A stretch of 64,000 bases of DNA, from positions 50,780,001 to 50,844,000 of the forward strand of contig OZ249436.1 of assembly GCA_965235115.1 (NCBI GenBank). Direction: 5' to 3'. The position numbers were made by a program, and so were the translations under genes. The notes under the pieces are model-generated. The model was given only the letters and a program-made list of their open reading frames with translations, was not told where the DNA came from and searched no databases. Below are positions 55,001 to 64,000 of the stretch, piece by piece (positions within the stretch are counted from its first letter, which is position 1; every line of letters starts with the position of its first letter). The DNA is from Laetmonice hystrix. Its lineage: Eukaryota.

Positions 55001-58000
55001 GACTCAGTGCCTCACACGGTGGTTGTCCTAGGATGGCAACTGTCTGGGACTCAGTGCCTCACACGGTGGTTGTCCTAGGATGGCAACTGTCTGGGACTCA
55101 GTGCCTCACACGGTGGTTGTCCTAGGATGGCAACTGTCTGGGACTCAGTGCCTCACACGGTGGTTGTCCTAGGATGGCAATTGTCTGGGACTCAGTGCCT
55201 CACACGGTGGTTGTCCTAGGATGGCAACTGTCTGGGACTCAGTGCCTCACACGGTAGTTGTCCTAGGATGGCAACTGTCTGGGACTCAGTGCCTCACACG
55301 GTGGTTGTCCTAGGATGGCAATTGTCTGGGACTCAGTGCCTCAGACGGTGGTTGTCCTAGGATGGCAACTGTCTGGGACTCAGTGCCTCACACGGTGGTT
55401 GTCCTAGGATGGCAACTGTCTGGGACTCAGTGCCTCACACGGTGGTTGTCCTAGGATGGCAATTGTCTGGGACTCAGTGCCTCACACGGTGGTTGTCCTA
55501 GGATGGCAATTGTCTGGGACTCAGTGCCTCACACGGTGGTTGTCCTAGGATGGCAATTGTCTGGGACTCAGTGCCTCACACGGCAGTTGTCCTAGGATGG
55601 CAATTGTCTGGGACAGAGTGCCTCACACGGTGGTTGTCCTAGGATGGCAATTGTCTGGGACTCAGTGCCTCACACGGTGGTTGTCCTAGGATGGCAATTG
55701 TCTGGGACTCAGTGCCTCATACGGTAGTTGTCCTAGGATGGCAACTGTCTGGGACTCAGTGCCTCACACGGTGGTTGTCCTAGGATGGCAACTGTCTGGG
55801 ACTCAGTGCCTCGCACGGTGGTCGTCCTAGGATTATAATTGTCTGGGACTCAGTGCCTCACACGGTGGTTGTCCTAGGATGGCAACTGTCTGGGACTCAG
55901 TGCCTCACACGGTCGTTGTCCTAGGATTATAATTGTCTGGGACTCAGTGCCTCATACGGTGGTTGTCCTAGGATGGCAACTGTCTGGGACTCAGTGCCTC
56001 ACACGGTGGTTGTCCTAGGATGGCAACTGTCTGGGACTCAGTGCCTCACACGGTGGTTGTCCTAGGATTATAATTGTCTGGGACTCAGTGCCTCACACGG
56101 TGGTTGTCCTAGGATTATAATTGTCTGGGACTCAGTGCCTTACACGGTGGTTGTCCTAGGATGACAACTGTCTGGGACTCAGTGCCTCACACGGTAGTTG
56201 TCCTAGGATGGCAACTGTCTGGGACTCAGTGCCTCACACGGTAGTTGTCCTAGGATGGCAACTGTCTGGGACTCAGTGCCTCACACGGTGGTTGTCCTAG
56301 GATGGCAACTGTCTCGGACTCAGTGCCTCACACGGTGGTTGTCCTAGGATGACAACTGTCTGGGACTCAGTGCCTCACACGGTAGTTGTCCTAGGATTAT
56401 AATTGTCTGGGACTCAGTGCCTCACACGGTGGTTGTCCTAGGATGGCAATTGTCTGGGACTCAGTGCCTCACACGGTGGTTGTCCTAGGATGGCAACTGT
56501 CTGGGACTCAGTGCCTCACACGGTAGTTGTCCTAGGATGGCAACTGTCTGGGACTCAGTGCCTCACACGGTGGTTGTCCTAGGATTATAATTGTCTGGGA
56601 CTCAGTGCCTCATACGGTGGTTGTCCTAGGATTATAATTGTCTGGGACTCAGTGCCTCACACGGTGGTTGTCCTAGGATGGCAACTGTCCGGGACTCAGT
56701 GCCTCACACGGTGGTTGTCCTAGGATTATAATTGTCTGGGACTCAGTGCCTCACACGGTAGTTGTCCTAGGATGGCAACTGTCTGGGACTCAGTGCCTCA
56801 CACGGTGGTTGTCCTAGGATGGCAACTGTCTGGGACTCAGTGCCTCACACGGTGGTTGTCCTAGGATGGCAACTGTCTGGGACTCAGTGCCTCACACGGT
56901 GGCTGTCCTAGGATGGCAACTGTCTGGGACTCAGTGCCTCACACGGTAGTTGTCCTAGGATTATAATTGTCTGGGACTCAGTGCCTCACACGGTGGTTGT
57001 CCTAGGATGGCAACTGTCTGGGACTCAGTGCCTCACACGGTGGTTGTCCTAGGATGGCAACTGTCTGGGACTCAGTGCCTCACACGGTAGTTGTCCTAGG
57101 ATGGCAACTGTCTGGGACTCAGTGCCTCACACGGTGGTTGTCCTAGGATTATAATTGTCTGGGACTCAGTGCCTCACACGGTGGTTGTCCTAGGATGGCA
57201 ACTGTCTGGGACTCAGTGCCTCACACGGTGGTTGTCCTAGGATGGCAACTGTCTGGGACTCAGTGCCTCACACGGTGGTTGTCCTAGGATGGCAACTGTC
57301 TGGGACTCAGTGCCTCACACGGTGGTTGTCCTAGGATGGCAACTGTCTGGGACTCAGTGCCTCACACGGTAGTTGTCCTAGGATGGCAACTGTCTGGGAC
57401 TCAGTCCCTGACACGGTGGTTGTCCTAGGATTATAATTGTCTGGGACTCAGTGCCTCATACGGTGGTTGTCCTAGGATTATAATTGTCTGGGACTCAGTG
57501 CCTCATACGGTGGTTGTCCTAGGATTATAATTGTCGGGGACTCAGTGCCTCACACGGTAGTTGTCCTAGGATGGCAACTGTCCGGGACTCAGTGCCTCAC
57601 ACGGTCGTTGTCCTAGGATTATAATTGTCTGGGTCTAGGCGGGATATTTTACTGTATGGGGCTATTATCTTGTGTGTCGTCCTCGTCTGGGTGTAAGTTG
57701 TCCGTTTGGTCGTAAACCCTCTGCACTATTACATTACATATTACCTAAGTTAAATATTAAAGAAATAATCAATATCAACATGAATATTTGCTAGGTAGAC
57801 GTAAGGTACAAACTCTTAGATACGCATTACAAATCATAGCAAATATCAAATATTAATAGGACACTGAAACATAAGTATGAATCTACCGCTACGACCCGCC
57901 CTCCCACCTTGGCGTCGTCTGGCGGTGTTATGGCGCCCGTCTCGTTAGTATCACGTCTACATCCTCCAAACAAATCGTATAGGCGCCGGAATGAGTGGGA

Positions 58001-59118
58001 ACCCCTCTCCCCCAGCCGGGGCATCGGATTTGGTCTAGGTGACCCTGCCATTGCTAACGTCTTTCCACTTCCCCCTTAGAGCGTATCTGATCTGCCCCCT
58101 CCCCAATTCTAATCTTCCGGCAACAGTTGAACTCCGCCGTGTTATTTGCGTCCCCTCAGTATAATGTCTAAAATCCTAGTGCGCATTCGATTTACACTAT
58201 ATGCGAATATACTTGTGTCGCTGTGGTATATTAAAAAGGAGAGTCCGAGTTCATTCTAGGCATACTGTTACTCTAATTAAATGCGTAATATATAATCCAT
58301 CGTCATATTATGTCTTTATACAAAATTCTGCTGGTGTGCAATCACAAGGATTATCGCACGAATTTCAAGTCATACGTCTCCGTTTCACAAAAGAAATAGT
58401 CTGCATTGCGGTTCTCCGATAAGATCCAAAGCTCCTCTACCTTTCTATGTGGATTTGGCGGCTAGTATGTAAAATAAATTCTAGTAGTCGCCAAATCTGA
58501 TTTCAGCCACTGAAAATGACCTACTTGGCTTCCGAGACCTCGGGAGTTCTTTTTCATATTCCGATGCACACGGCTATGGGAATTATGGTCTGTGCAAAGT
58601 AAAAGCTCTCCTGTCATCTATACATATACATGTTCGATTTGTACCATAGCAAAAAAAAGTTTTAGAAAATTGTCAGCATTATCCTCGGGAAAATCACGGA
58701 TATATGCTGCAACAACAAGGCCGACGTGACTATCATCAGTTTTAACCCGGTTTTTAATCCGGACTTAACCTCTGTATGACCGCGGTTGTGGTTAACATAG
58801 TTTAGGGGGTACTCACGTTGAAGATTTGGGAATACGTTTGACAAGTCTCTGAAGTTCCTGTGGTGTGCGATCGGTGGCCGGCTCCGATGATATCCCCGTC
58901 CGTTTGGTCCGCTGGGCTGGAGCCTGCTGCTGCTTCAGCGACTGTTCAGTGGCAGGTTTCAAAATTGAACGGTATTTATCCAGCTCGGTTTGAAGCTTCT
59001 CTATCAGCATGTCCTTTTCATCGAGCTCGAGCTCAAGCTCGTCTATGAGCTGGTCCCTTTGCTTCAACTCTTCGATTTTCTCTTGTAAAGCTAGCTGCAA
59101 GTCTCGGAGAGTGCCCAT
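22034..59118 (-). CDS. PRKG1: Gene A: cGMP-dependent protein kinase 1 (PKG I-beta-like), spliced, 685 aa
   Basis: Join of 59118-58817, 39601-39435, 37632-37519, 37248-37143, 36642-36579, 36199-36122, 36003-35909, 33817-33746, 28111-28040, 25728-25626, 24820-24681, 23895-23664, 23442-23279, 23126-23004, 22462-22333, 22129-22034 = 2058 nt. All introns are GT-AG with matching phases. Leucine zipper MGTLRDLQ.., two CNB domains ([32 protein letters not shown]), kinase motifs [31 protein letters not shown]; ends WDKDF*. Confidence 0.95.
22333..22462 (-). CDS. PRKG1: Gene A exon 15
   Basis: [43 protein letters not shown]; gtcag| ... |gtaagt. Confidence 0.93.
22565..23012. repeat. 51-bp minisatellite (9 copies) spanning the gene A exon 14 donor site
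   Basis: Minus-strand unit gtagttttcacaacactctggttgtttataaaccttgacctaactctgcag. Confidence 0.95.
23004..23126 (-). CDS. PRKG1: Gene A exon 14
   Basis: [40 protein letters not shown]; ttgcag| ... |gtagtt. Confidence 0.93.
23279..23442 (-). CDS. PRKG1: Gene A exon 13 (activation segment)
   Basis: [54 protein letters not shown]; actag| ... |gtaagc. Confidence 0.94.
23664..23895 (-). CDS. PRKG1: Gene A exon 12 (catalytic loop)
   Basis: [52 protein letters not shown]; ttacag| ... |gtacat. Confidence 0.94.
23939..24634. repeat. 21-bp minisatellite (26-bp variants distally) filling most of gene A intron 11
   Basis: Unit actctgccacggaccgacggc. Confidence 0.95.
24681..24820 (-). CDS. PRKG1: Gene A exon 11 (catalytic Lys, helix C)
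   Basis: [46 protein letters not shown]; ttaag| ... |gtaaga. Confidence 0.92.
25626..25728 (-). CDS. PRKG1: Gene A exon 10b (switch helix + Gly-rich loop)
   Basis: [34 protein letters not shown]; ctcccag| ... CTG|gtgagt; 103 nt. Confidence 0.92.
26743..26830 (-). CDS. PRKG1: Gene A candidate alternative exon 10a (switch helix + Gly-rich loop)
   Basis: [29 protein letters not shown]; aatatag| ... CTG|gtaagg; 88 nt, same phases (2->0) as exon 10b. Confidence 0.8.
28040..28111 (-). CDS. PRKG1: Gene A exon 9 (end of CNB-B)
   Basis: [23 protein letters not shown]; tttcag| ... |gtaagt; phase 2 at both ends, bridging exons 8 and 10. Confidence 0.85.
28682..29337. repeat. 72-bp minisatellite, about 9 copies
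   Basis: Unit ctgtcaacggcagcagtaggctatcctctcggtgcaggtttacacatggcgtaatgaacagccagtaaacca. Confidence 0.95.
30491..31837. repeat. 78/80-bp minisatellite, about 17 copies
   Basis: Unit acctaccactgaacgactattaacacacatctgatgtaccggtatcactgcccccaggtgtgtgtttctatggtacaa. Confidence 0.95.
32925..33020 (+). repeat. G-rich (GGGGC)-like low-complexity tract
   Basis: Many GGG/GGGG runs; G-quadruplex-competent on the template strand of gene A. Confidence 0.75.
33746..33817 (-). CDS. PRKG1: Gene A exon 8
   Basis: [23 protein letters not shown]; ctcag| ... |gtaagt. Confidence 0.9.
34560..35150 (-). mobile_element. Possible decayed L1/Tx1 LINE ORF2 C-terminus
   Basis: Frame-broken peptides [34 protein letters not shown] loosely resemble the zf-RVT / C-terminal region. 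Matched by eye only. Confidence 0.25.
35909..36003 (-). CDS. PRKG1: Gene A exon 7
   Basis: [31 protein letters not shown]; tgcag| ... |gtaggt. Confidence 0.92.
36122..36199 (-). CDS. PRKG1: Gene A exon 6 (CNB-B)
   Basis: [26 protein letters not shown]; gtcag| ... |gtaaga. Confidence 0.92.
36579..36642 (-). CDS. PRKG1: Gene A exon 5
   Basis: [21 protein letters not shown]; tccag| ... |gtttgt. Confidence 0.92.
37143..37248 (-). CDS. PRKG1: Gene A exon 4
   Basis: [34 protein letters not shown]; ttctag| ... |gtacag. Confidence 0.92.
37519..37632 (-). CDS. PRKG1: Gene A exon 3 (CNB-A phosphate-binding cassette)
   Basis: [37 protein letters not shown]; cacag| ... |gtaagt. Confidence 0.93.
38265..38460. 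repeat. ~22-24-bp tandem repeat, about 9 copies
   Basis: gattcataccagat(g/a)..ggtgtg. Confidence 0.9.
39435..39601 (-). CDS. PRKG1: Gene A exon 2 (start of CNB-A)
   Basis: [48 protein letters not shown]; tgcag| ... |gtgggt. Confidence 0.93.
41987..42355. mobile_element. MITE / foldback-like element
   Basis: ~45-bp imperfect TIRs tggcaagcggaatgggtaagg.. / ..cccttacccattccacttgcca; internal aaacagtgttt subrepeats. Confidence 0.75.
42711..42794. repeat. 42-bp perfect tandem duplication
   Basis: ataatccccaataatcagcctccattatgagggccacgttag x2. Confidence 0.9.
43925..44101 (+). repeat. Dispersed repeat, copy 1 (copy 2 at 58357-58570)
   Basis: cacgaatttcaagtcatacgt..cgtttcacaaaa..ctgcattgcggttctccgata..tttctatgtgga..ttccgagacc..tattccgatgcaca shared by both. 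Confidence 0.85.
44655..44850. mobile_element. MITE with TIRs, TA-flanked
   Basis: taaagccgctttcacat..tgcggcgtgcggc / gccgcacgccgca..atgtgaaagcggcttta. Confidence 0.8.
44848..44973. mobile_element. Second MITE sharing the TA/TTA flank of the first
   Basis: ttaggcgggattcacaaaa / ttttgtgaatcccgcctaa, perfect 19-bp inverted repeat. Confidence 0.8.
45500..46650 (-). mobile_element. Probable decayed L1/Tx1-type LINE reverse transcriptase fragment
   Basis: Frame-broken motifs in order: RG...G-CP (~RGxRQGCPLS), SMYTY (~SxYADD), RLTF, LPIPKLI....CW (~LAxPKLxY..FxW), GG.GM.D..AL...IARL (~GGLxMxD..AL..WIxRL). Matched by eye only. Confidence 0.4.
47289..47849. repeat. 54-bp minisatellite, about 10 copies, plus an orphan unit at ~47957-48006
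   Basis: Unit aacgtcgtcatttacatttaaccagtgtgccaatagccacaaattctctgtctc. Confidence 0.95.
48993..49156. repeat. (GA)n / (GAGACA)n microsatellite
   Basis: GA run. Confidence 0.95.
53541..53714. mobile_element. Truncated hairpin MITE
   Basis: gcgagcgacgcgcgcgttt..agaagtaatg.aaatgaatggagc / gctccattcattttcattacttct..aaacgcgcgcgtcgctcgc. Confidence 0.65.
54436..57633. repeat. 47-bp satellite array, about 68 copies (3.2 kb), in gene A intron 1
   Basis: Unit gggactcagtgcctcacacggtggttgtcctaggatggcaactgtct; a 'ttataat' variant appears only in the right-hand part of the array. Confidence 0.97.
58357..58570 (+). repeat. Dispersed repeat, copy 2
   Basis: Aligns by eye with 43925-44101. Confidence 0.85.
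58817..59118 (-). CDS. PRKG1: Gene A exon 1: leucine zipper + pseudosubstrate (I-beta-like)
   Basis: [36 protein letters not shown]...[11 protein letters not shown]; donor AC|GTGAGT, phase 2. Confidence 0.93.
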
Positions 59119-59540
59119 CGTGTGGAGGATGATATGTGAGCGATGCTTTCAGCAGGTCGTCACAACCAATATACTACACTAATCAATCAACGAGCAACCT
59201 ATTATCATCTCTGAAAGACGTCAAAGGTACATCTCCAGTTCAGTGTACCGCACAGACAACATCGGGATGTACTTTGGCAATGTTGCAGCCCCCAGTAGTA
59301 CGTCTTGTCCTCAACGATCTGTCCATCTACATCCATTGTACACACGCAGCTCCACGCAGCGACACTGACATTTGGTTCATCGCCTTCATGCCAGAAACCC
59401 CTCTGCTTCCTGTGTTAGTACGTATTGCCACTCTCCAAACCTATAAGTGCGTCCACTGAAGAATGCACCAAGAGACACTGGACACGTTTTCTTAGCTGGG
59501 AGTGTAAATTCCCAAAGTTACGTTCGTAAAAGCGTTGCCG

Positions 59541-59624
59541 CCGAGAATCACACATGTCTGTCTTCTGTGTATCAAAATATCCGCTGAGAATCACGCATGT
59601 CTGTCTTCTGTGTATCAAAATATC
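59541..59624. repeat. 42-bp tandem duplication
   Basis: gagaatcac(a/g)catgtctgtcttctgtgtatcaaaatatc x2. Confidence 0.85.
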
Positions 59625-62600
59625 AAATATTCGTTAACCTCTATCCAGGAAAATAACTGGAAGTGACGCCAGGCTTTCTGGTGGTAGATAAATTCTTCAG
59701 CAATAGATGTAACATGCTTTTAAAATGGACTCACTGCGGAGCCTGCTGTTTTTGGTTTCAACACGTGAACACTGGCTGCCACGCGATGTAGCCTGCTGCT
59801 TAGATGAGCAAGAAAGTCTCTGGCACGACAGAAATATGGCTTGCATAAGGGCTGGTCGACTTGAAGAGTTTTACCGTTCTACGTCAAACTGGTACTTGCC
59901 AGTTTACAACACATAAAAGGTGCACGTCCGGGCAATGCACCACAACCAGAACACTTCAGTGTACTTCAGCGTTGCCGTGACCCGATAACCTAATGCTGCA
60001 CCACTTGATAAGCCACCAATGACAGTTTGCGATTCTAATCGTCCAAATGTTTATGTTTGAAACTACCCAGAGATGCTGGGGCAGCTTGCCAAGGTTTCAG
60101 ATATCACCCGGATACCCCCAGAACTGTGCTTAATGGCCACTCAGTCTATACGAGGCATTGGTAACATTTTAGAAACAGTTGAACGTCGTAAGCCTTCGCG
60201 TTGCTCAAGTAGCATGCCTCAATGATGTGTTCTTGACGATACCTCCCATCTCCTGCCCTCTTCAACAACCCGTGTCCGACCCATGCATGGGAGCAGCACC
60301 CCCTGGCGACGAAAGCATGAACCCGTCAGCAGACGATCTTGAAGACGCTCCATGAGGCCTATTTTACACGCATACACATGGAGATAAATCAGATATAGGC
60401 GTACGGTTGAACTTGACCCAGCCCCGGAACATTGTCAGGACGATACAAGACGTGAGTTTGTGGACCGGTTTCCGTTGTAACCCCGGAGGCCAACAAACTA
60501 CGCCCAACGCGTAAACATAATAGTAAGGGGAAACGGCAAGACGGCCTTTATCGTCTTTCCCCGGCTTTGCGTCGTGTTTTAAAGTCTTTCTCGCCTACGT
60601 CAAGGTTATCAAATACTGTTAGTCTTTGTTATATTATGACTAAGAAGGCCCTGATACAAGTTCGTATATTTTAAGGCAGAGAAGTCTGCAATTATGCATT
60701 CAAATCTAGACTTTCTTTCAATTATGGTGTCAAATCGAAATGAAAAATAATAATGTAATTATCGCCGCTATGGTGCGATAGTAATAGTGATATACCGGCC
60801 TCAGTCATTCCACGGGTGAATCGGGGGCTTGGTGTTGATGGGAATGCCTTTCATATGGTTACCGACGATACGTCGACTTGTAGATGTCAATCTGGCTTTA
60901 TACACACTTGATCCCTGGCAATACGCCACCAGGGATCACACCAGCATCACAAGCCTGTCGTCGTTAAACCAGGACTCGTCGGTTCACCCTCCCACTGCGG
61001 CTGTGGTAGAATGATGGGGCAACAGTCCCCCTCTAACCGGCGGCGAGTAACCCTCACCCTGCCAGTCGTACACCTGGCGGGGTAATCACACGACATCACC
61101 GGCAACGGTCGGCGAGTGACCCTTCCCTCCCAGGGTCCGGCAAACGGAACGGAACGGTCAACTTCCGACCTGACACCTTCAGCTTCCTCCTCAACGCATG
61201 TCTCCTCCACCTGTTTAATTCAGTTCCAAATTAGCTGCGGTACAATCGTTGCACGCCACAACAGTGTAGCAACTATCGATCGTGATTATAATATTATATC
61301 CGTATCAAGGGTCCTTTAGACGGGAAATCCACATGTCAAACACAACTGTTGCCACCTGGGGACGCTTGGTATTTCTCGGTAAACCTTTTTCTGTCTGTAC
61401 TCAACGTCGTACTCTTTAATTAATACCTCTTGGGTCATGTCCGGGTTGCCCATTTCCTGACGTTAGCCATTAATTCGCAGAGGAACTGTATAGCAGTGTA
61501 GATTTGACAATCTGTCTTTTCGCCAAAGCCGGTCAAGTTGTATGCGTGTAGGTATACTCAGGCGTGTAAATAAAAAAGCTGGAGTTAAAAGAACATCGCA
61601 CTCCAAATGCATCGGCTCCCCCCGACATCAGCTCTTTCCGTCACGTTTTCTCGCCATCACTCCTTCTTGCGGAGACGTCAATTTTTATAAAATCCATTTT
61701 ATGAAGTAATTCCCATGCGCTGTTATCTGAATATATACTTCTATATACCATGCACATTTGGAGGAACGTGTTGGCGTGAACCGTACCGGTTGTCCATGCG
61801 TCCGTCACCGTCTAAGTAGGCCTACGACTAACCAATATAGTTGATTTGGTTTATCTTCGATCGCCTCGCACTAACCCAGCCTCAGGTTTGTGCATGGCAC
61901 GCCTTGCGCCAGCACAGAGCAGCATGGCTTTCGACGCCTACCGTATAGGGCAGCAACACAACGCGTGTGCATATGGTGAAGAGGACTACAGCCGTGGAAG
62001 GGGCTACTCCTCCCGTGTATGACAGAGGCTCAATCCTCGTATTGGTTCCCATTGTAATCATTGCTACACGGCTCATCCCGGCGACCCCGGCAATCCTTGC
62101 CAAGTCTGTACGACGTGCCAATCATCCGTCACCCGGCCAGTCATTTAACTACCGTCGCGCCACCTGTCGGCTGTATCACAGCCCTGTAGAAGTAGCATCT
62201 TTCAATGTAGACCCCTATACAAAGGATGCAGATTTACCTCTGGGCGTCACCGGGTCTACTTAGTAACTTTCGCCCTTAATGATTATCCTCTTATTGTGAG
62301 AAGCTTATCCAGATTTAGGGACGATGTGCCCCGCCCCGGATTTTACTGGTGACCACTGCCTCCGCCTCACACAGAGTAGTAGCCCTATATTGGCACAGTA
62401 CATGTAATTAAAATTGCGACCACTTTGATAAAATGACGCCGCAGATAGCGACCTCCGTATCGCAATCCTTCGCGATGAGAGAAAATATGTGGCTGATACA
62501 AAACCTCCCCCTTTTGTTCTGCCACAGGCGATACCTCTTACAAATCATGACATATGCCATGCCATGAAGAAAATCTGCTTGGGCTGACTCCAGACCAACT

Positions 62601-64000
62601 AAAGCCAACTCATTATATTGTCCGCTGGGGACGGACAATGGACGATTATGACGGTGATCTATACCCAGAAAAAGGTAACGATTCATACTAATTACCGATC
62701 GTTTTACTGCGATCCTCGCCTAGAAACAGGACGTCCGTGGGCGGCGACTGTCACACCAATATACATGTCAACTAGAACCCACGCTACACAGGCTGCACGA
62801 GGTTTAAATTACTTTGGTGGGACCTGCCAAGTCCAATACCTGCACGGGTGCGCCTCGAGTTCTTGTAACTGTCGCTGGTAAATCATCGTTTATTAACGAA
62901 ATAAATCAAGGTAAAGCCGCTGGTTTTCTCAGAATCCCTGCCACGCGTTATAAAACCAATAACTAATCGTGAGTCGGAATTCGTTCAGATTGTCCCGTGA
63001 ACATATTAAAACGGACGGGCACACAGACAGAGGTCAAATCTAAAGTCCCGCCCTTTGGCTTGGGGCTAATAACACTAGATCAATAACACTCATGCCCTTA
63101 CACTCGATACATCGTTCATTGTGTGTAGGGGTGTATGTGTGGTTATATCTGGTTTTGCGATGAGTGTTCTTCATAACTGCCACAGCTAACTGGACACATG
63201 TACACCTTGCCCCATCTCACCCAACCGATCATTCACACTCCTCTCTGATGACCGACCACGGCCGATCTCTGCAGTGTCATATTTCTTAATCATCAGAGAA
63301 GACAACGAATGAAATGGGCAGTGATAGACAGCCACAAGAGGGGGGAAGGCCATCGGTTAATGCTATATTAAGCTATGCGTTATGCGGTATTTATGCGGTA
63401 TCCTGGTGCCCCCCCCCCCCCTTATTAAAATCCTGGATTCCCCATTGATATGCAATATGTAATATGCAATATTGCCACCTATCTTGTTACCCAACACTCT
63501 ATTGTCGCCTCGTCTTGTCGAATACGCTACGAGTTTCCGTTGTTTGCTATTATAAACGGCTGTTTAGGCAGTTTGTTTGGCCGGTAAAACAATTTTTTAT
63601 CAGTGTTTTTAAATAACTCGTTTCTCGAGATAGTGTTCTGTGCATGGATTTGTTCAATAATTTTCAACATAATACAGTGTGCTGTTTTCCAGCTCAGTGT
63701 CTCGAAGTTATACAGCACCTCCACGGTCCGAGAAGCTGCCATTTAGTAAGGAAGCTAAGTCAAATTGAAACCTTTCCGCTGTTACGCGTGTCATGTATGG
63801 CAGGCAACGGGCACGTGAATCAAATACACCCAGTCACTATGGAAACGCTTCACTAACATACCATGGAAGAAAAAGAATGACCAATCCAAACAGTCATATT
63901 CAGGACATTCGAAACTATCCGAAAGCGAGACGTAGTGTAGTATCAAATTTCCCTTTGCCTGCCTATTGTCAGCTATTGATCTTTTCTTTTAAATTTGTTT

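Noticed and set aside
54436..57633. CRISPR-like appearance of this and the other arrays (18440-19185, 28682-29337, 30491-31837)
   Set aside because: Units are contiguous with no unique spacers, there are no cas genes, and the context is eukaryotic intron or intergenic DNA.
39602..58816. Search for a further (alpha-type) first exon of gene A in its 19-kb first intron
   Set aside because: No coiled-coil/GISAEP exon was found by eye or in the ORF track; one could lie upstream, beyond the window.
60947..62263. Moderately GC-rich short ORFs upstream of gene A
   Set aside because: No recognisable protein family and no consistent exon chain.

Overview
This is eukaryotic, intron-rich animal genomic DNA, probably from an invertebrate bilaterian. 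It holds two complete, tandem, minus-strand cGMP-dependent protein kinase genes (PKG / PRKG1 / foraging family), which I reconstructed by hand from GT-AG junctions and phase continuity. Gene A (59118->22034) has 16 coding exons and encodes 685 aa. It has a PKG I-beta-like N-terminus and canonical cGMP-binding cassettes, plus a second, frame-incompatible copy of the exon for the switch helix and kinase glycine-rich loop (candidate mutually exclusive exons). Gene B (17857 or 12344 -> 4096) has 16 coding exons and encodes 726 or 686 aa. It has two alternative first exons, an intact kinase domain, PKA-like or degenerate cyclic-nucleotide cassettes and a C-terminal extension. The two paralogs differ reciprocally at two intron positions. 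Three introns carry tandem duplications of their own 5' splice site. The rest is minisatellites, microsatellites, MITE-like hairpins and a few decayed transposon remnants. Most ORFs in the supplied track are spurious, repeat-derived or partial exons. I saw no rRNA, tRNA or CRISPR array.
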